From a virus: a stretch of DNA of 64,000 bases. The DNA is taken from the IMG/VR virus record IMGVR_UViG_3300044591_001745, positions 1-64,000 of that record. One strand, written 5' to 3'. The notes below the pieces were generated by a model that was not told the DNA's origin, did not search any database, and was given only the letters and a program-made list of their open reading frames with translations. The translations under genes were made by a program, and so were the position numbers. This document shows positions 1 to 10,757 of this stretch, piece by piece; the stretch's first letter is position 1; every line of letters begins with the position of its first letter.

Positions 1-740
1 GGCGATATAGCGGTATTCTGTACAGTCTCGGAGTATTCTGTAATCTCAAATGTAGCCTTGATATTGTTTTCTCTACCCATATCGTAATATCTATACCAAA
101 ATAATAACCCTAAAACTGAGTTAGTTAAAAAATTCTCTTTGGGTATTCTCCAATTGACTCTAAATTGAGAACCCCCACTCAATGTCCAGTTTTTCAATGT
201 TGGATTAGTGATAGTTATAAAATTTTCCCATACCAAACCAGCCTCGTAAGGATTTTCTTGTGCAGATGCTGATCTTGTTAACCTGGTATTTTTTACGCTA
301 GAATTTTGCGAATCAATATACAAGAAGAAGGGCCTCCAAATACCGCTAATGTTTGCATTGAATGGAGTTAGTCCCCATCTAGGGTCAGGATCTAAAACAA
401 TTTGACTATCTTCTATACTGTTTATGTCTAGGTCATATTCTAAATCTGTAGCAAAAATATCGCAATTGTTATTGCTAAAAGATAAAAAATCTCCTTCTAT
501 TTGATTCTCAACATTAGCAACATAGGTATTTATGCTCTGACTTGAGGATATTGGCTGCGGTATAGGTCTAGGAACAAATGGTGGAGGTGGAGGAATACTG
601 GTTTGTTGAATATAAGTATTATATATATCTAAATTATATGGGGGATATGTATTGTATATATTTTGAGCCGCAATGTCTAATAACTCTTGCGCTGTTGCTA
701 CAAAAGCCTGAGCTTCAAAAATAACTGGAGATGTAGGCAT
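1..740 (-). CDS. Hypothetical virion protein, N-terminal part (runs off left edge; not in ORF track)
   Basis: ATG at 738-740 overlaps the TAA of the upstream gene (TAATG). Frame is open to the window edge: MPTSPVIFEAQAFVATAQELLDIAAQNIYNTYPP...; at least 246 codons. Confidence 0.85.
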   Translation of the reverse strand, partial: MPTSPVIFEAQAFVATAQELLDIAAQNIYNTYPPYNLDIYNTYIQQTSIPPPPPFVPRPIPQPISSSQSINTYVANVENQIEGDFLSFSNNNCDIFATDLEYDLDINSIEDSQIVLDPDPRWGLTPFNANISGIWRPFFLYIDSQNSSVKNTRLTRSASAQENPYEAGLVWENFITITNPTLKNWTLSGGSQFRVNWRIPKENFLTNSVLGLLFWYRYYDMGRENNIKATFEITEYSETVQNTAIS

Positions 741-1123
741 TATTCTAAGGTACTTATTTTATTGAGTAAAATATTTAATACTTGATATAATTCATTAGTA
801 ATCTTTTCATTTATATTAGTATACCATTGCATAGCAGTAGCCAGATTGGTCTTATTAGTAATGTCTGATAGGTGAGATAAAACGGCCACACCATGCTTAA
901 GGTCTGCGCGAAATTTTTCTATTAGTGATTCTAACTCATCAATCACTAAATCTCTGAATTCTAATTTTTGAGTTTTGTTGGTTTGAATGGCTATAGCAGT
1001 AATAACTTTAGATTTAATATTGTCAAGATCTCTATCAATCCTAATATGGGCTTGTCTAATAAAATCTTGATCATTTAAAAGTTCTATATTTTCATAACTA
1101 ATAGAATCAATATTCTCTATCAT
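740..1123 (-). CDS. Hypothetical alpha-helical protein (about 127 aa)
   Basis: ORF track gives 740..1150. Start reassigned to ATG 1121-1123 (MIENIDS), which overlaps the upstream TGA (ATGA coupling). Confidence 0.75.
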   Translation of the reverse strand: MIENIDSISYENIELLNDQDFIRQAHIRIDRDLDNIKSKVITAIAIQTNKTQKLEFRDLVIDELESLIEKFRADLKHGVAVLSHLSDITNKTNLATAMQWYTNINEKITNELYQVLNILLNKISTLE

Positions 1124-4100
1124 GGTTTGCCTACAGCCATTAACGTCCAAGCGCCATCCATATAAATGAATAATGCTCTATGATTAGGTTTAGCTTCTAA
1201 ATTTAGATTGTTAACGAATTGAACATTAATTTTAGTTACATCTTGCGTTCTAGTATTATTTGGGACAGCGTATGTTGAGAAAATAGTAGCACTAAATCCT
1301 TGCTGAATGACCCCAGAAGTAATAATCTGTTGTTTTGCAACAGGCTCATAAAACCCGGTATCTCCATTGTATTTGCAATATAGTTTAGCTCCACGCGGTG
1401 CTGTATAACCACCGTAATCTTTAACGAACACTACTCTCCTTAGTCCTGTTGGTAATGGATCTTTAGAGAATTGTAAATCATCTAAAAAGCCCCTTGCTGG
1501 ATATGTTGATCTAGAATTACGCTCCAACACTAAGTCTTCTTCAAGAACTACATAGACATTCTTGGGGGCTTGAGGAGCAACCCATACCCTACGACTATCA
1601 TCCCAACGAAGATCGACTGGGCCAACAGGCCACTTTTCTGGTGCCTGACCCCATTTTTCTGCAAATGCTGCTTCTTTATATGGTTTAGACCATTCTGATT
1701 TTTCTTCATCCCATACCTGATTTCGCCCAATAATAATATCTCCAGAATCAGCACTGTTAGGATCGAATGATCCATATGTTTTTAAATCTTTTGTTCTATG
1801 AGGACGCCCAAAACTATCGACCATTTTAGGCTCACCAGAAGCATTTGGCACAGGATACCCCTCTGTGTCATATCCCCAACCGTGCATAACCATAGGGCCT
1901 CTGAAACCCATAAATCTTTGATTCATCAGTGTAATTTGTGGCTCTTGATCGTCCTGAACTTGACTAACCTGTTTGATAGTTCTGCGGAATTCATAGTCTA
2001 TATCTAAGTAATCTTTAGGTAGCATTATACCGCTAAATGCAGCCGAATCTGCAACGAATTTACCTTGAGTGTCATTCCATTTATATAGTACGTTATTATT
2101 TGTTCCATTAACTACCACCTCTCCCGCAACTATATTGTCTACAACATCTAAAGCATTTTTAGGAGCTATCATACCTCTAGCTACAACTTCGATACCATGT
2201 CCGCTCATATCATTATCTAATGCATTGATATTGCGGAATTCTCCAGAAGCTACTATAATAGGATTAAGATTAAAAAGATTTATACTTCTACGACCAAAAA
2301 CCTCTAAATACTTTTTAGGATTACTAATTAAATTTTTATCACTTACATATTCATATATAATACTTTGTGTATTGGTAGAATTACCGGTCGGTTCTCTTAC
2401 TGCCAATCTCAAGCCAGAAGCTAAAATATAAGGAGGTGAACTTTCCGTAACGGTAAAGTTTTTCATATCAGGTATTTTACTTTTATCCTCACAGTATTCA
2501 CATCTTACCTGAATCTTCTGTTCTGGATAACCCATAGTTGGACTAATTTCTTTTTCGTATACTCCAGCACCTTTACAAATAGGACAAAATTTTCTGTCAT
2601 ATTTTACATAACTAACAGTAGATTGATGAGGAGTTGGATAAAATGATATTGGAGAGAAAAAACCATCAAGACTCATCATAGATTTAGAAGAATACGCAGT
2701 ATTTAACTCACGAGAAACTTCTTTAGAGTCAAAAATACCAACCTGTCCTCTATGTGCTTCAATAGTCCTATCTTTTAATGATATCCCCGATAGTGCAGGA
2801 TTCTTACTTACGTCTATTTCTTTACTGAATGCATTAAATGACCCAACCATAATCTCTACTGGACTATTACCGCCAGTTAATGTGTCATATAGATAATCTC
2901 TGAATGAAGTTTTAAATGTTTGCTCCTGCTTTTTCTTCATTCTATCATAAAGAGCTATGCTCAACTGGTGTTGCTCTCTTTGTCTTTTCCTTGATTCTCC
3001 AACTAATTTCTTTAGTCTATCCGAATTCTCTTTGTTGAATAGAGATAGTTTAGATTGATATGTTCTAAATGTATAGGTTGTCTCTGTTTGTTGTCCAACA
3101 GTAACTTGAATGTTAGAAATATTACTTGCAGATGGAGATCTAAAATCAGGATTACGATTAATTGTAATACTATTAACACCGCCTAGTGAATTTTGTATTG
3201 GTTGATATTTGAAAATACTAGATGTGCTTTCTGTTAAAACGTCTCCTAAGGCAAATGCGGGATATCCTGGAACACTTAGTTGTCCTGTTTCTAGGAATTG
3301 TTGATATGTTGCTTTTTCTTGTATTTTAAGCTCGACAGCAAGATCTAATGCGTACATACCTCCATAATTCCAAGGAGCTAAATCGTTATCCACCTCAAGA
3401 TGAACAGAGCCTATCATGTTTTCTATAGCTACTTTACGATTAGTATCATTTAATAAAAACGGAAAAATAGTTTGCATTTGTTTATCTGGATAGTTAATCC
3501 ACGGACCATAAACATGCTGATTAGAAACTAACGGAACAGCAGCAAACCCAGGCAACGCGGCCTTTGGAGATAAAGCCAAATTCTTAGAAGTGTGGAAACT
3601 TTTTGTAATCTGTTCTGCTAAGGATTTTGGAGGACCAGAAGGAGTAATTCTTCCTCCATCATCAAAAATATTTGCTGTTGCACCTAAACTTGCGGTACCA
3701 TTGCTATTGTTCTGCATATACTGTTTGCCCACTTGCAAGAATGATTCTTGTATAGGGGACATTAATTTCATCAGTATGTCTAGTAATCCAGATGCTTTTC
3801 CTGTATTGGTACCAAAATCTCCTAGTCTCGTAAATAATGCAAATTCTTCGGCAGCGGCGACAGGAACCATTTTTGATGACGGACTTGTATTGGAGTCTCC
3901 ACCAAGAGCGGCAGAATCATTAAGAGCAACCATACTATTAATACTTAAAATTGCTCTAGCATCTCCTAAATTAGCAGGATCCAAAAAAATCATTTCTTCT
4001 TCGACTTCAGCAGCAACAAATAATTTTCTACGCCTGTTAATTTTTTGACCAGATGTACCATTATATTCTGTTCCTACGTTTATTTCAAAAGCATCTAAAT

Positions 4101-4374
4101 GCCCTGCGTTTTGTACAGGAGATTCTATTAATATAGATTCGGTTGGACCAAATTGATATTTTAATGCAGGATACCAAAACTCTTGATGGTTGCAGGTTAC
4201 CCTTGTTATTTTTCTGTCTGCTGGTGGCGGAGTATTCGCAGCGGTTGAGTTGTCGCTCACTGGTGTTGACGATGCGCCGCTATCTTCAGCTACTGGAGTA
4301 TTAGAGCTAGGAGTAGGGGCCGGCGGTGTAGCCGGTTGCGGTCCTCTATTATCTGGTAAAACCGGAGCTGTCAT
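1120..4374 (-). CDS. Large putative tail-tip/baseplate protein (1084 aa) with CxxC...CxxC motif
   Basis: Perfect SD TAAGGAGGT 6 nt upstream. Pro/Ser/Thr-rich N-terminus, coiled-coil segment (RLKKLVGESRKRQREQ), CPICKGAG...CEYC putative Zn site. Position in tail module. Function inferred from context only. Confidence 0.6.
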   Translation of the reverse strand: MTAPVLPDNRGPQPATPPAPTPSSNTPVAEDSGASSTPVSDNSTAANTPPPADRKITRVTCNHQEFWYPALKYQFGPTESILIESPVQNAGHLDAFEINVGTEYNGTSGQKINRRRKLFVAAEVEEEMIFLDPANLGDARAILSINSMVALNDSAALGGDSNTSPSSKMVPVAAAEEFALFTRLGDFGTNTGKASGLLDILMKLMSPIQESFLQVGKQYMQNNSNGTASLGATANIFDDGGRITPSGPPKSLAEQITKSFHTSKNLALSPKAALPGFAAVPLVSNQHVYGPWINYPDKQMQTIFPFLLNDTNRKVAIENMIGSVHLEVDNDLAPWNYGGMYALDLAVELKIQEKATYQQFLETGQLSVPGYPAFALGDVLTESTSSIFKYQPIQNSLGGVNSITINRNPDFRSPSASNISNIQVTVGQQTETTYTFRTYQSKLSLFNKENSDRLKKLVGESRKRQREQHQLSIALYDRMKKKQEQTFKTSFRDYLYDTLTGGNSPVEIMVGSFNAFSKEIDVSKNPALSGISLKDRTIEAHRGQVGIFDSKEVSRELNTAYSSKSMMSLDGFFSPISFYPTPHQSTVSYVKYDRKFCPICKGAGVYEKEISPTMGYPEQKIQVRCEYCEDKSKIPDMKNFTVTESSPPYILASGLRLAVREPTGNSTNTQSIIYEYVSDKNLISNPKKYLEVFGRRSINLFNLNPIIVASGEFRNINALDNDMSGHGIEVVARGMIAPKNALDVVDNIVAGEVVVNGTNNNVLYKWNDTQGKFVADSAAFSGIMLPKDYLDIDYEFRRTIKQVSQVQDDQEPQITLMNQRFMGFRGPMVMHGWGYDTEGYPVPNASGEPKMVDSFGRPHRTKDLKTYGSFDPNSADSGDIIIGRNQVWDEEKSEWSKPYKEAAFAEKWGQAPEKWPVGPVDLRWDDSRRVWVAPQAPKNVYVVLEEDLVLERNSRSTYPARGFLDDLQFSKDPLPTGLRRVVFVKDYGGYTAPRGAKLYCKYNGDTGFYEPVAKQQIITSGVIQQGFSATIFSTYAVPNNTRTQDVTKINVQFVNNLNLEAKPNHRALFIYMDGAWTLMAVGKP

Positions 4375-4389
4375 TTCAGTACCTCCTTA

Positions 4390-7300
4390 TTAGCTGCATG
4401 GGGCACCGCCATTTCGTGTACCACCTGTAAACGCAGTATATCTATTAGCATTAGATAATGCATTAGATCTTTTAAGAATATCATAATAGTAAAATACATT
4501 TGGTCCAGTAACCAGCTTACAAACATTATCTCGTACCCATTCACAGCAAAAATACGCCTCGTGATCAAATTTGTCATCTGCTGGATATCCTAATATTGGT
4601 TTAATTTTTCCGCTGTCATCCGTAAAAGGAGACGCAGTATATGCTCCAACCATAATACAATCATCAATACTATTACCATATTCTTCCCAAGCTCCTTCTG
4701 GGCTAATACTATAATTAGAATATATTTTCCCAGTCCCCTCTGTTAAATATCTAGGATTGTCCGATGTGCCTATATTAATATAAGTAAATCCTGCTGTGGG
4801 AATAGTACCAGCATTAGGATTAGATGTTCCTCCAGTTGTACTACTATTGGAAGATCCTTGAGATGGGTTACTGGATGAAGGAGCAGTAGTAGATCCTATA
4901 TTAGCTGAATTAGGCGCTGGAGTAGGTGTTGGTCTAGGATCCAAATTTATCATAGCATCTCTATCTTTATATGATAAAATCATTGGCAATCTCACCATAA
5001 ATTTTTTACCATAATATTCATCAGCAATTTTTCTGAAAAAGGCATGTAGCGTTTTGAGATCGTCTTGTAAAGCGCTTTGCAAACCAGCATTACGATTTTT
5101 AGGAGTAGATGCGCCAGCGTTAGCACTTTTAGTTTTCTGATTTAGTCCTGTCTCAATCTTAAATAAAGCGCAGAATATAGCGCAAGCATCCCAATCATTA
5201 TCCGATGTTACTTGCCAATCAGATTTTGTGTCTTTTTGTTGTGGTTTATTATCTCCTTGTCCCGGATTCATATTAGCAACAGCGCCAACATCGGCAGAAT
5301 TAGGAGCTGTAGGTCCTGCTCTCCTAGATGCCTGCGGAGTAGGTTGAGGAGATGGTGTTATAACGCGATTTCCACAAACAGCATTTTTAACCATTTGTTT
5401 AATATGAGGATCATGTATTCTTGTACTAAGATACCCCATCCACGAGTCATATCCTACCAATGCTGCTCTTAGCTCTGTTTCGTGAACAATAAAAGTACCT
5501 CCATTAAAAATTCCTTCTAATTCTAATCTAGTAATTGGTAGTTCTTTAACATTAAATTCTATAGCTAAACCATTAAGCCAAGTATCAAACCATACTGGTC
5601 TGGGTTTTTTGGTTTTGTCTACTGTAGCATATTGAGTTTTTGTTTTGTCTATAAAGTCCACCGTACCAAAAAATGGACATACACTATGATAAAAAATAGG
5701 AATAAATCTCTTGGCTCCGTCATCTCTTGTCCAACCAAACTGAGCCAAATCATTGAATGTATACTTTAACCTATTCTTAAAATAATGAGTATTAGGATTA
5801 TACTTAAATACATTATACCCTATATCAGCTATAGCATCTGCAAAATTACTCAGTACTGTTGATTCTGTAGGAGCTGATCCTGGACTTCCTGTCCCTCCCC
5901 TAACGCTAACGCTTCCGACTCCACTACTCCATCCACCACCACCGCTGCCTACACTACTACTTCCGCTACCGCTTCCACTCCCACTACTGCCGCTGCTTCC
6001 ACTGCTGCTTGTACTATTGCTACTACTTCCGCTACTACTTCCGCTACTACTTCCGCTACTACTTCCGCTACTACTTCCGCTACTACTTCCGCTATCATTA
6101 CTAGCCGGGCTACTAATCCACCAGTTTTGTTGTTTATGCAAATCCCTATTTAGACTTTGATTAGCATTGGTTGATGACTTATCTAAAAACTTTGTATATG
6201 CCCAGTCAAATAAAACCTTCCCAATGTCTCTAATAAAAGTATCAGAATTTTTGATGCTAGGAGTACTTGACCCTTTAACCAAGGGACTATCTCCTCCAGT
6301 AGTTATTGTGGTTGTCGATGATACAGATTTAAGATAATTACCCTTAGCAGGAAAAGCATTATTACTGTGTTTGTTCCAAGATGTATCTATGTCATAAAAA
6401 TCAGCTTTTTTAATTTCATTTGGTGATGTAACGGATGTTTGTCTTTCTATAGCCAATAAGTCTCTTATAGACCCAGGATCTGGAATTCTATATGCATTAT
6501 ATGTTAAATCATTAAAAGTATCATAGTGGATAAACTTTTTTCTGGTAGTATGATAAATATAATTACTAGCTTTATATGCTAACGTATAATTTTTGGCTTG
6601 AAATAATCTTTGTTGTTTTGCCCCTATTAACATTGTGCGAGGCTTGGCCGCAGAGTTAAACTCTTTTCCTAAACTTACCGAACTCAACATTACTCCCTGC
6701 TCTCTCAATGTAGCAATATAATCTGATATCTTACGATCAGACGGTTGTACTTTTCTAGACACTGTTCTGAGTTTAATAATCTTTATCGATGGCATATTAG
6801 TATATACTTTTAGATATAACATTTCCCAAAAGAAATCTACGCCGGATTTATCGCAAACTTCTGTTATAAAAGAATTAAAATCCATTACAATTTGAGAACA
6901 GTCTGTTCTTAACTGCATTGGTACAACAGGAAGCTCTCCTAAGTCTATATAGTATAGCTGTTTGTATTGTTGGTTAGCAACCACCGTGTTTGTTCCAACA
7001 CCGCCGCTTATGGTCTGACTAGCATCATCCGGAGGAATTAATCCAAAATCAAAAATACTATATTGTTGTCCACTATCTGCGGTAGGTAAACTATTACGGT
7101 GTACACTGCCATCGTCTCCTAATTCTAAAAATGTACCAACAGTACCGGTGGTGGGTTTTCCTGTTGCAGATGACTGCTGAAGTCTACTATTCGGAAAAGA
7201 TAGGGCTGCTCCTGTACCACCATATGTTACGCTATCCTGTTTATTAAATGCTTTGGGTACATTACTACTGGTGGCATGGTAAATTTCCATGTTGGTATTT

Positions 7301-8667
7301 GTGGGGGCTGCGGATTCTGCGGTTGGTGACTTGGGTGTTCCTGTCATTGGAGATCTTCCAACCAAAGCTCCAAAAGTACTAAAAATATTACGTGTTGTCT
7401 GTCCGGGTTTGCTTGTATTGTTTACGGGTAGTCCTAATAAATAATTTAAAGCATAAATAATACTATTAGTACGAATACCACTATCGTTAATATTTGCTCC
7501 TCCAAACCCCCCTGGAGCCATGGCTTCTAAAAATCCATATACATTAATGATATTAGGAATATTTCCATTTAAAATATTCCCCTTAAATGCATTAGTTAAA
7601 TTGATTTTCTCAGACCAAACATCATTAGATGGTCCAGATATCTCACTATTATCACTCTTAGAAAAAACACTACCGGCATAGGTACTTAAAATTAATTGTG
7701 CTTGATTAATAATTTCGTTTGGTCCTTCAATATCAACTTGATACGTTCGTCCTCCTGTACCAGAATTTACAGATTTCCATGATTTGAGTATTCCACAAAA
7801 AGTAAAATCATCAAACTGGAAAAATACGGGACAACCTATAATATCTACTGGTGTGCCTAGTTCTATATTTTGTTTACCAGTGATAGGATCGGTGCCGACA
7901 TTAGTACGACCACTAGATTTAAAACTATTTTTTGCTCCTATAAAGCCAGGATCAGGTCCAAGCCAATATTTTTGTTGTATAGTACCAGTAGTTACATTAT
8001 AGTAATAAAATAATTTACCAGGAACAATAACGTTTCCATTAGAATCTAAAAATTGTTGTATTCTAGTCTTATATGCCTTAGCATCTTCATTAACATTACC
8101 TTGAGTATCTTTGTATGGCTTTAAAACGTTATAGTAATGATCAGAAGAGCTTTGAAGCCCCATTGCTGCGCTTTTATAGATTCCTCCATCATGGCTCATA
8201 ACATAATGAGGAGTAGTATCCTCCACCAAGGTTACGGACAGTTGAGAAGGCTGATTACCCCATCCTAAACTAACATTAAAATTAGCAACACTACATCCTA
8301 AAAATAGTGTTTGAGGAAATGGGCCGAATACATTAGTTGGCAAAGCCTTTCCGGTATCAATATCTCCACGAGCTAATATAGAATTAGGGGCGGTCGCAGG
8401 ATTGATACCCATTGCGGCCGTAGCTGTTTGAGTAGCTGTTGGAGTAACATTGGGCACAGGAGGATTGCGCTTATATGTTGTTGCTAACTGAGGAATATTG
8501 GGAGTAGGAGTAGGTCCAGGCAGAGCTGGAGTCCTAGTTGGACTAACAACAAGAGCATTCTCAGCAGCTGAAAAATTAGTTACTGTACGAAAATTACTAG
8601 TAGCGTCTCTTTTTTCCCCTAAAGGAATAGGGCTACACGCTGGATCTTCTGGGGGAATATATGGCAT
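4390..8667 (-). CDS. Large putative tail-tip/hub (Tal/gpJ-like position) protein (1425 aa)
   Basis: SD AAGGA. Beta-rich conserved-looking blocks (FNVSLGWGNQPSQLSVTLVED, FTFCGILKSW, YQVDIEGP) separated by low-complexity S/G and P/T linkers. Function inferred from context. Confidence 0.6.
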   Translation of the reverse strand: MPYIPPEDPACSPIPLGEKRDATSNFRTVTNFSAAENALVVSPTRTPALPGPTPTPNIPQLATTYKRNPPVPNVTPTATQTATAAMGINPATAPNSILARGDIDTGKALPTNVFGPFPQTLFLGCSVANFNVSLGWGNQPSQLSVTLVEDTTPHYVMSHDGGIYKSAAMGLQSSSDHYYNVLKPYKDTQGNVNEDAKAYKTRIQQFLDSNGNVIVPGKLFYYYNVTTGTIQQKYWLGPDPGFIGAKNSFKSSGRTNVGTDPITGKQNIELGTPVDIIGCPVFFQFDDFTFCGILKSWKSVNSGTGGRTYQVDIEGPNEIINQAQLILSTYAGSVFSKSDNSEISGPSNDVWSEKINLTNAFKGNILNGNIPNIINVYGFLEAMAPGGFGGANINDSGIRTNSIIYALNYLLGLPVNNTSKPGQTTRNIFSTFGALVGRSPMTGTPKSPTAESAAPTNTNMEIYHATSSNVPKAFNKQDSVTYGGTGAALSFPNSRLQQSSATGKPTTGTVGTFLELGDDGSVHRNSLPTADSGQQYSIFDFGLIPPDDASQTISGGVGTNTVVANQQYKQLYYIDLGELPVVPMQLRTDCSQIVMDFNSFITEVCDKSGVDFFWEMLYLKVYTNMPSIKIIKLRTVSRKVQPSDRKISDYIATLREQGVMLSSVSLGKEFNSAAKPRTMLIGAKQQRLFQAKNYTLAYKASNYIYHTTRKKFIHYDTFNDLTYNAYRIPDPGSIRDLLAIERQTSVTSPNEIKKADFYDIDTSWNKHSNNAFPAKGNYLKSVSSTTTITTGGDSPLVKGSSTPSIKNSDTFIRDIGKVLFDWAYTKFLDKSSTNANQSLNRDLHKQQNWWISSPASNDSGSSSGSSSGSSSGSSSGSSSGSSSNSTSSSGSSGSSGSGSGSGSSSVGSGGGGWSSGVGSVSVRGGTGSPGSAPTESTVLSNFADAIADIGYNVFKYNPNTHYFKNRLKYTFNDLAQFGWTRDDGAKRFIPIFYHSVCPFFGTVDFIDKTKTQYATVDKTKKPRPVWFDTWLNGLAIEFNVKELPITRLELEGIFNGGTFIVHETELRAALVGYDSWMGYLSTRIHDPHIKQMVKNAVCGNRVITPSPQPTPQASRRAGPTAPNSADVGAVANMNPGQGDNKPQQKDTKSDWQVTSDNDWDACAIFCALFKIETGLNQKTKSANAGASTPKNRNAGLQSALQDDLKTLHAFFRKIADEYYGKKFMVRLPMILSYKDRDAMINLDPRPTPTPAPNSANIGSTTAPSSSNPSQGSSNSSTTGGTSNPNAGTIPTAGFTYINIGTSDNPRYLTEGTGKIYSNYSISPEGAWEEYGNSIDDCIMVGAYTASPFTDDSGKIKPILGYPADDKFDHEAYFCCEWVRDNVCKLVTGPNVFYYYDILKRSNALSNANRYTAFTGGTRNGGAPCS
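6019..6094. repeat. Perfect 12-bp tandem repeat (GCTACTACTTCC, about 6.3 copies) encoding (GSSS)n
   Basis: Six exact units at 6019-6090 plus GCTA, inside a Ser/Gly linker of the 1425-aa protein. Confidence 0.95.
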
Positions 8668-8681
8668 GTCTTGTCCTTGAA

Positions 8682-10730
8682 TTAAGCGTCATAAACCCAC
8701 GTTATAGTCTTAGAAAAACGTCCTTCTATGGGATTCCAGGTTTCATCATCTGATTTAATATACACCTGACCAGCATATGAACCATTAATTAGAGTTATGC
8801 TTGGATCTTTTGATCTTAGATCAGCAAGTTTGGTGGGAATCCAAGTGTCTGGCAATACTGGTCTAAGCATATCTATTATATTTAATAAGTCTTTATAAAC
8901 TATACCTCCTGTCCACATAGGACAAGCATTGTATCTTGTATCAAATTCTCCCATATTACGAGGTATGGTGGTTTGTATTTCTATGCTGACCTGACGTGTT
9001 TTAGCCGTTTTGCTACCAGTATCTTGTAAAATTGGTCCACGTTTTCTTCCCATAACAAACATTTCAGCAATAACATCGGCCGGTTTAGAGTCTTGTACGT
9101 TTAATGATAAAATGGTTGCTCCTTTTATCTGGTTAGCTCCTCTGCGATTATTAAATTCACAACTATATGTTATAGTCCCACGCGTTGGATCGCTACCTAT
9201 AGTTTTATTAACAAATCGCGTATCTAAAATAATGTTTTCTCTTTTATCTAAATAATCACAAGTACCAAAATTAGTTTGAGGATACCTTATCTGAAAATTT
9301 CCACCATCACTTACTTGCGGTATGACTCCTCCCCAAACTGATCTATTTAATTCTCCATTTGTATTATCTAAAGTATTATTAGTAGCATTTATTTTAGTTG
9401 TCTGACCCTGCACCATATACATAGCTAAACTATTACTTCTGGCATATAATAATGGTTCAACAAAATTTCTCCAAGCCTCTAAGGCATTATTATATTTAGC
9501 ACTATAAATAGCTCCTTCATTAATATTTTGTAAATCTAATTTACCTCTATCCAATCCCACTCCAGCTGGCGGTAAAGAATTATAGGCATTATGTGTAGTG
9601 GTCTGCTTTAATGCTGATCCTTCGGTATATCCAGCTTTTTTGATTTCTAGTCCTTGTACAGTACCATTAATCCTTACGGTAACATTAAAGTTATTGTCTT
9701 GAGTAACCTCTACGCTGTAATCTTCTAAGTAATGAGTAGGCTTGCTAAGAGCTAACCATGTATCCGTAATATCGAAAGTACCATTAGACTCACTAACATT
9801 AGTGGCTCTTACATGATTATACAAATAAATTTCTTCGTTTTGAGTTTTACTACCAGTAGCATTATTTTCATTAACATAGCTATGTTGGCCAAATCCATTA
9901 TTATTATATGCTAAAAATACATGATTAATATTATTGTGTGGCATCTTAATGTGTTCTTCAACAAATCGTTTAGCATTATACCATGCAGAATCATTAAAGT
10001 TACGGGAAAGACCAGCAGCTTCTCCAGCATTGTATTGTCCTGTTGGTGCAGATAGTCCTTGTGCTCCTACTCTGTGAGTGATTCTGAATTGTATTAAATT
10101 ATCTAACTTATTTAGTCCGGCTGGCCAGTCTTGGACTGTTGCGTTAGGATTATTATTCAATACATTTAAATGATAATATGCCGCATCTTCTACTGGCTCT
10201 ATAGTCCACTCATCTGTGTAGCTACTAATGGTATAAGAATGAGCATGTGGTAAGGTAGCATTCTTTGAATGATTGCATTGTAGTTCCACAGTATAGTCTA
10301 TTGTTTGAACCCAATTGTCTTCTGTTTTAGATATGTTATAACTCATCACCTTGCACATAAAACCTTTACCTAACCCATTTGGTGTCTGAATAGTATCATC
10401 CCACCAGAATCCAAACTTGCCATTCGAAACACCATTGGCTAGAGCTTGGCTATTATTAGCAGAACATGTGACGGTTAGTAGGCCATCTCTACTAAAAAGA
10501 TGTCGTAATTGTTTTTCATCTTCTAAAAGACGATCTAATCCGGGTTTATGAGCTTGTTCACTTACTCCTTTTTTATATGCTGTGATTTTTCCTTCTAGTG
10601 TAATATTAATAGTTTCAGATAAGATATGTACATTAGCACTATCTCTATTGGTAGTTTTACTCAGATTAATGAATGGGGTTGGACCAAATTTATTTAGGTC
10701 TATCCCATCATACCATATCTTTGCTCCCAT
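8682..10730 (-). CDS. Putative distal-tail/tail-tip structural protein (682 aa)
   Basis: SD AAGGA. Alternating beta-strand patterns (INITLEGKI, IDYTVEL, VTVRINGTVQG, ITYSCEF) resemble tube/Dit-type folds. Lies upstream of the tip proteins. Inference only. Confidence 0.5.
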   Translation of the reverse strand: MGAKIWYDGIDLNKFGPTPFINLSKTTNRDSANVHILSETINITLEGKITAYKKGVSEQAHKPGLDRLLEDEKQLRHLFSRDGLLTVTCSANNSQALANGVSNGKFGFWWDDTIQTPNGLGKGFMCKVMSYNISKTEDNWVQTIDYTVELQCNHSKNATLPHAHSYTISSYTDEWTIEPVEDAAYYHLNVLNNNPNATVQDWPAGLNKLDNLIQFRITHRVGAQGLSAPTGQYNAGEAAGLSRNFNDSAWYNAKRFVEEHIKMPHNNINHVFLAYNNNGFGQHSYVNENNATGSKTQNEEIYLYNHVRATNVSESNGTFDITDTWLALSKPTHYLEDYSVEVTQDNNFNVTVRINGTVQGLEIKKAGYTEGSALKQTTTHNAYNSLPPAGVGLDRGKLDLQNINEGAIYSAKYNNALEAWRNFVEPLLYARSNSLAMYMVQGQTTKINATNNTLDNTNGELNRSVWGGVIPQVSDGGNFQIRYPQTNFGTCDYLDKRENIILDTRFVNKTIGSDPTRGTITYSCEFNNRRGANQIKGATILSLNVQDSKPADVIAEMFVMGRKRGPILQDTGSKTAKTRQVSIEIQTTIPRNMGEFDTRYNACPMWTGGIVYKDLLNIIDMLRPVLPDTWIPTKLADLRSKDPSITLINGSYAGQVYIKSDDETWNPIEGRFSKTITWVYDA

Positions 10731-10757
10731 AAATTAAATCCTTAGCGAAAAATCACA

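Noticed and set aside
4371-4577. 68-aa overlapping minus-strand ORF, or stop-codon reassignment joining the two tip genes
   Set aside because: The ORF overlaps a long gene out of frame without support. TAA, TGA and TAG all terminate genes here and coding density is already near complete under code 11.
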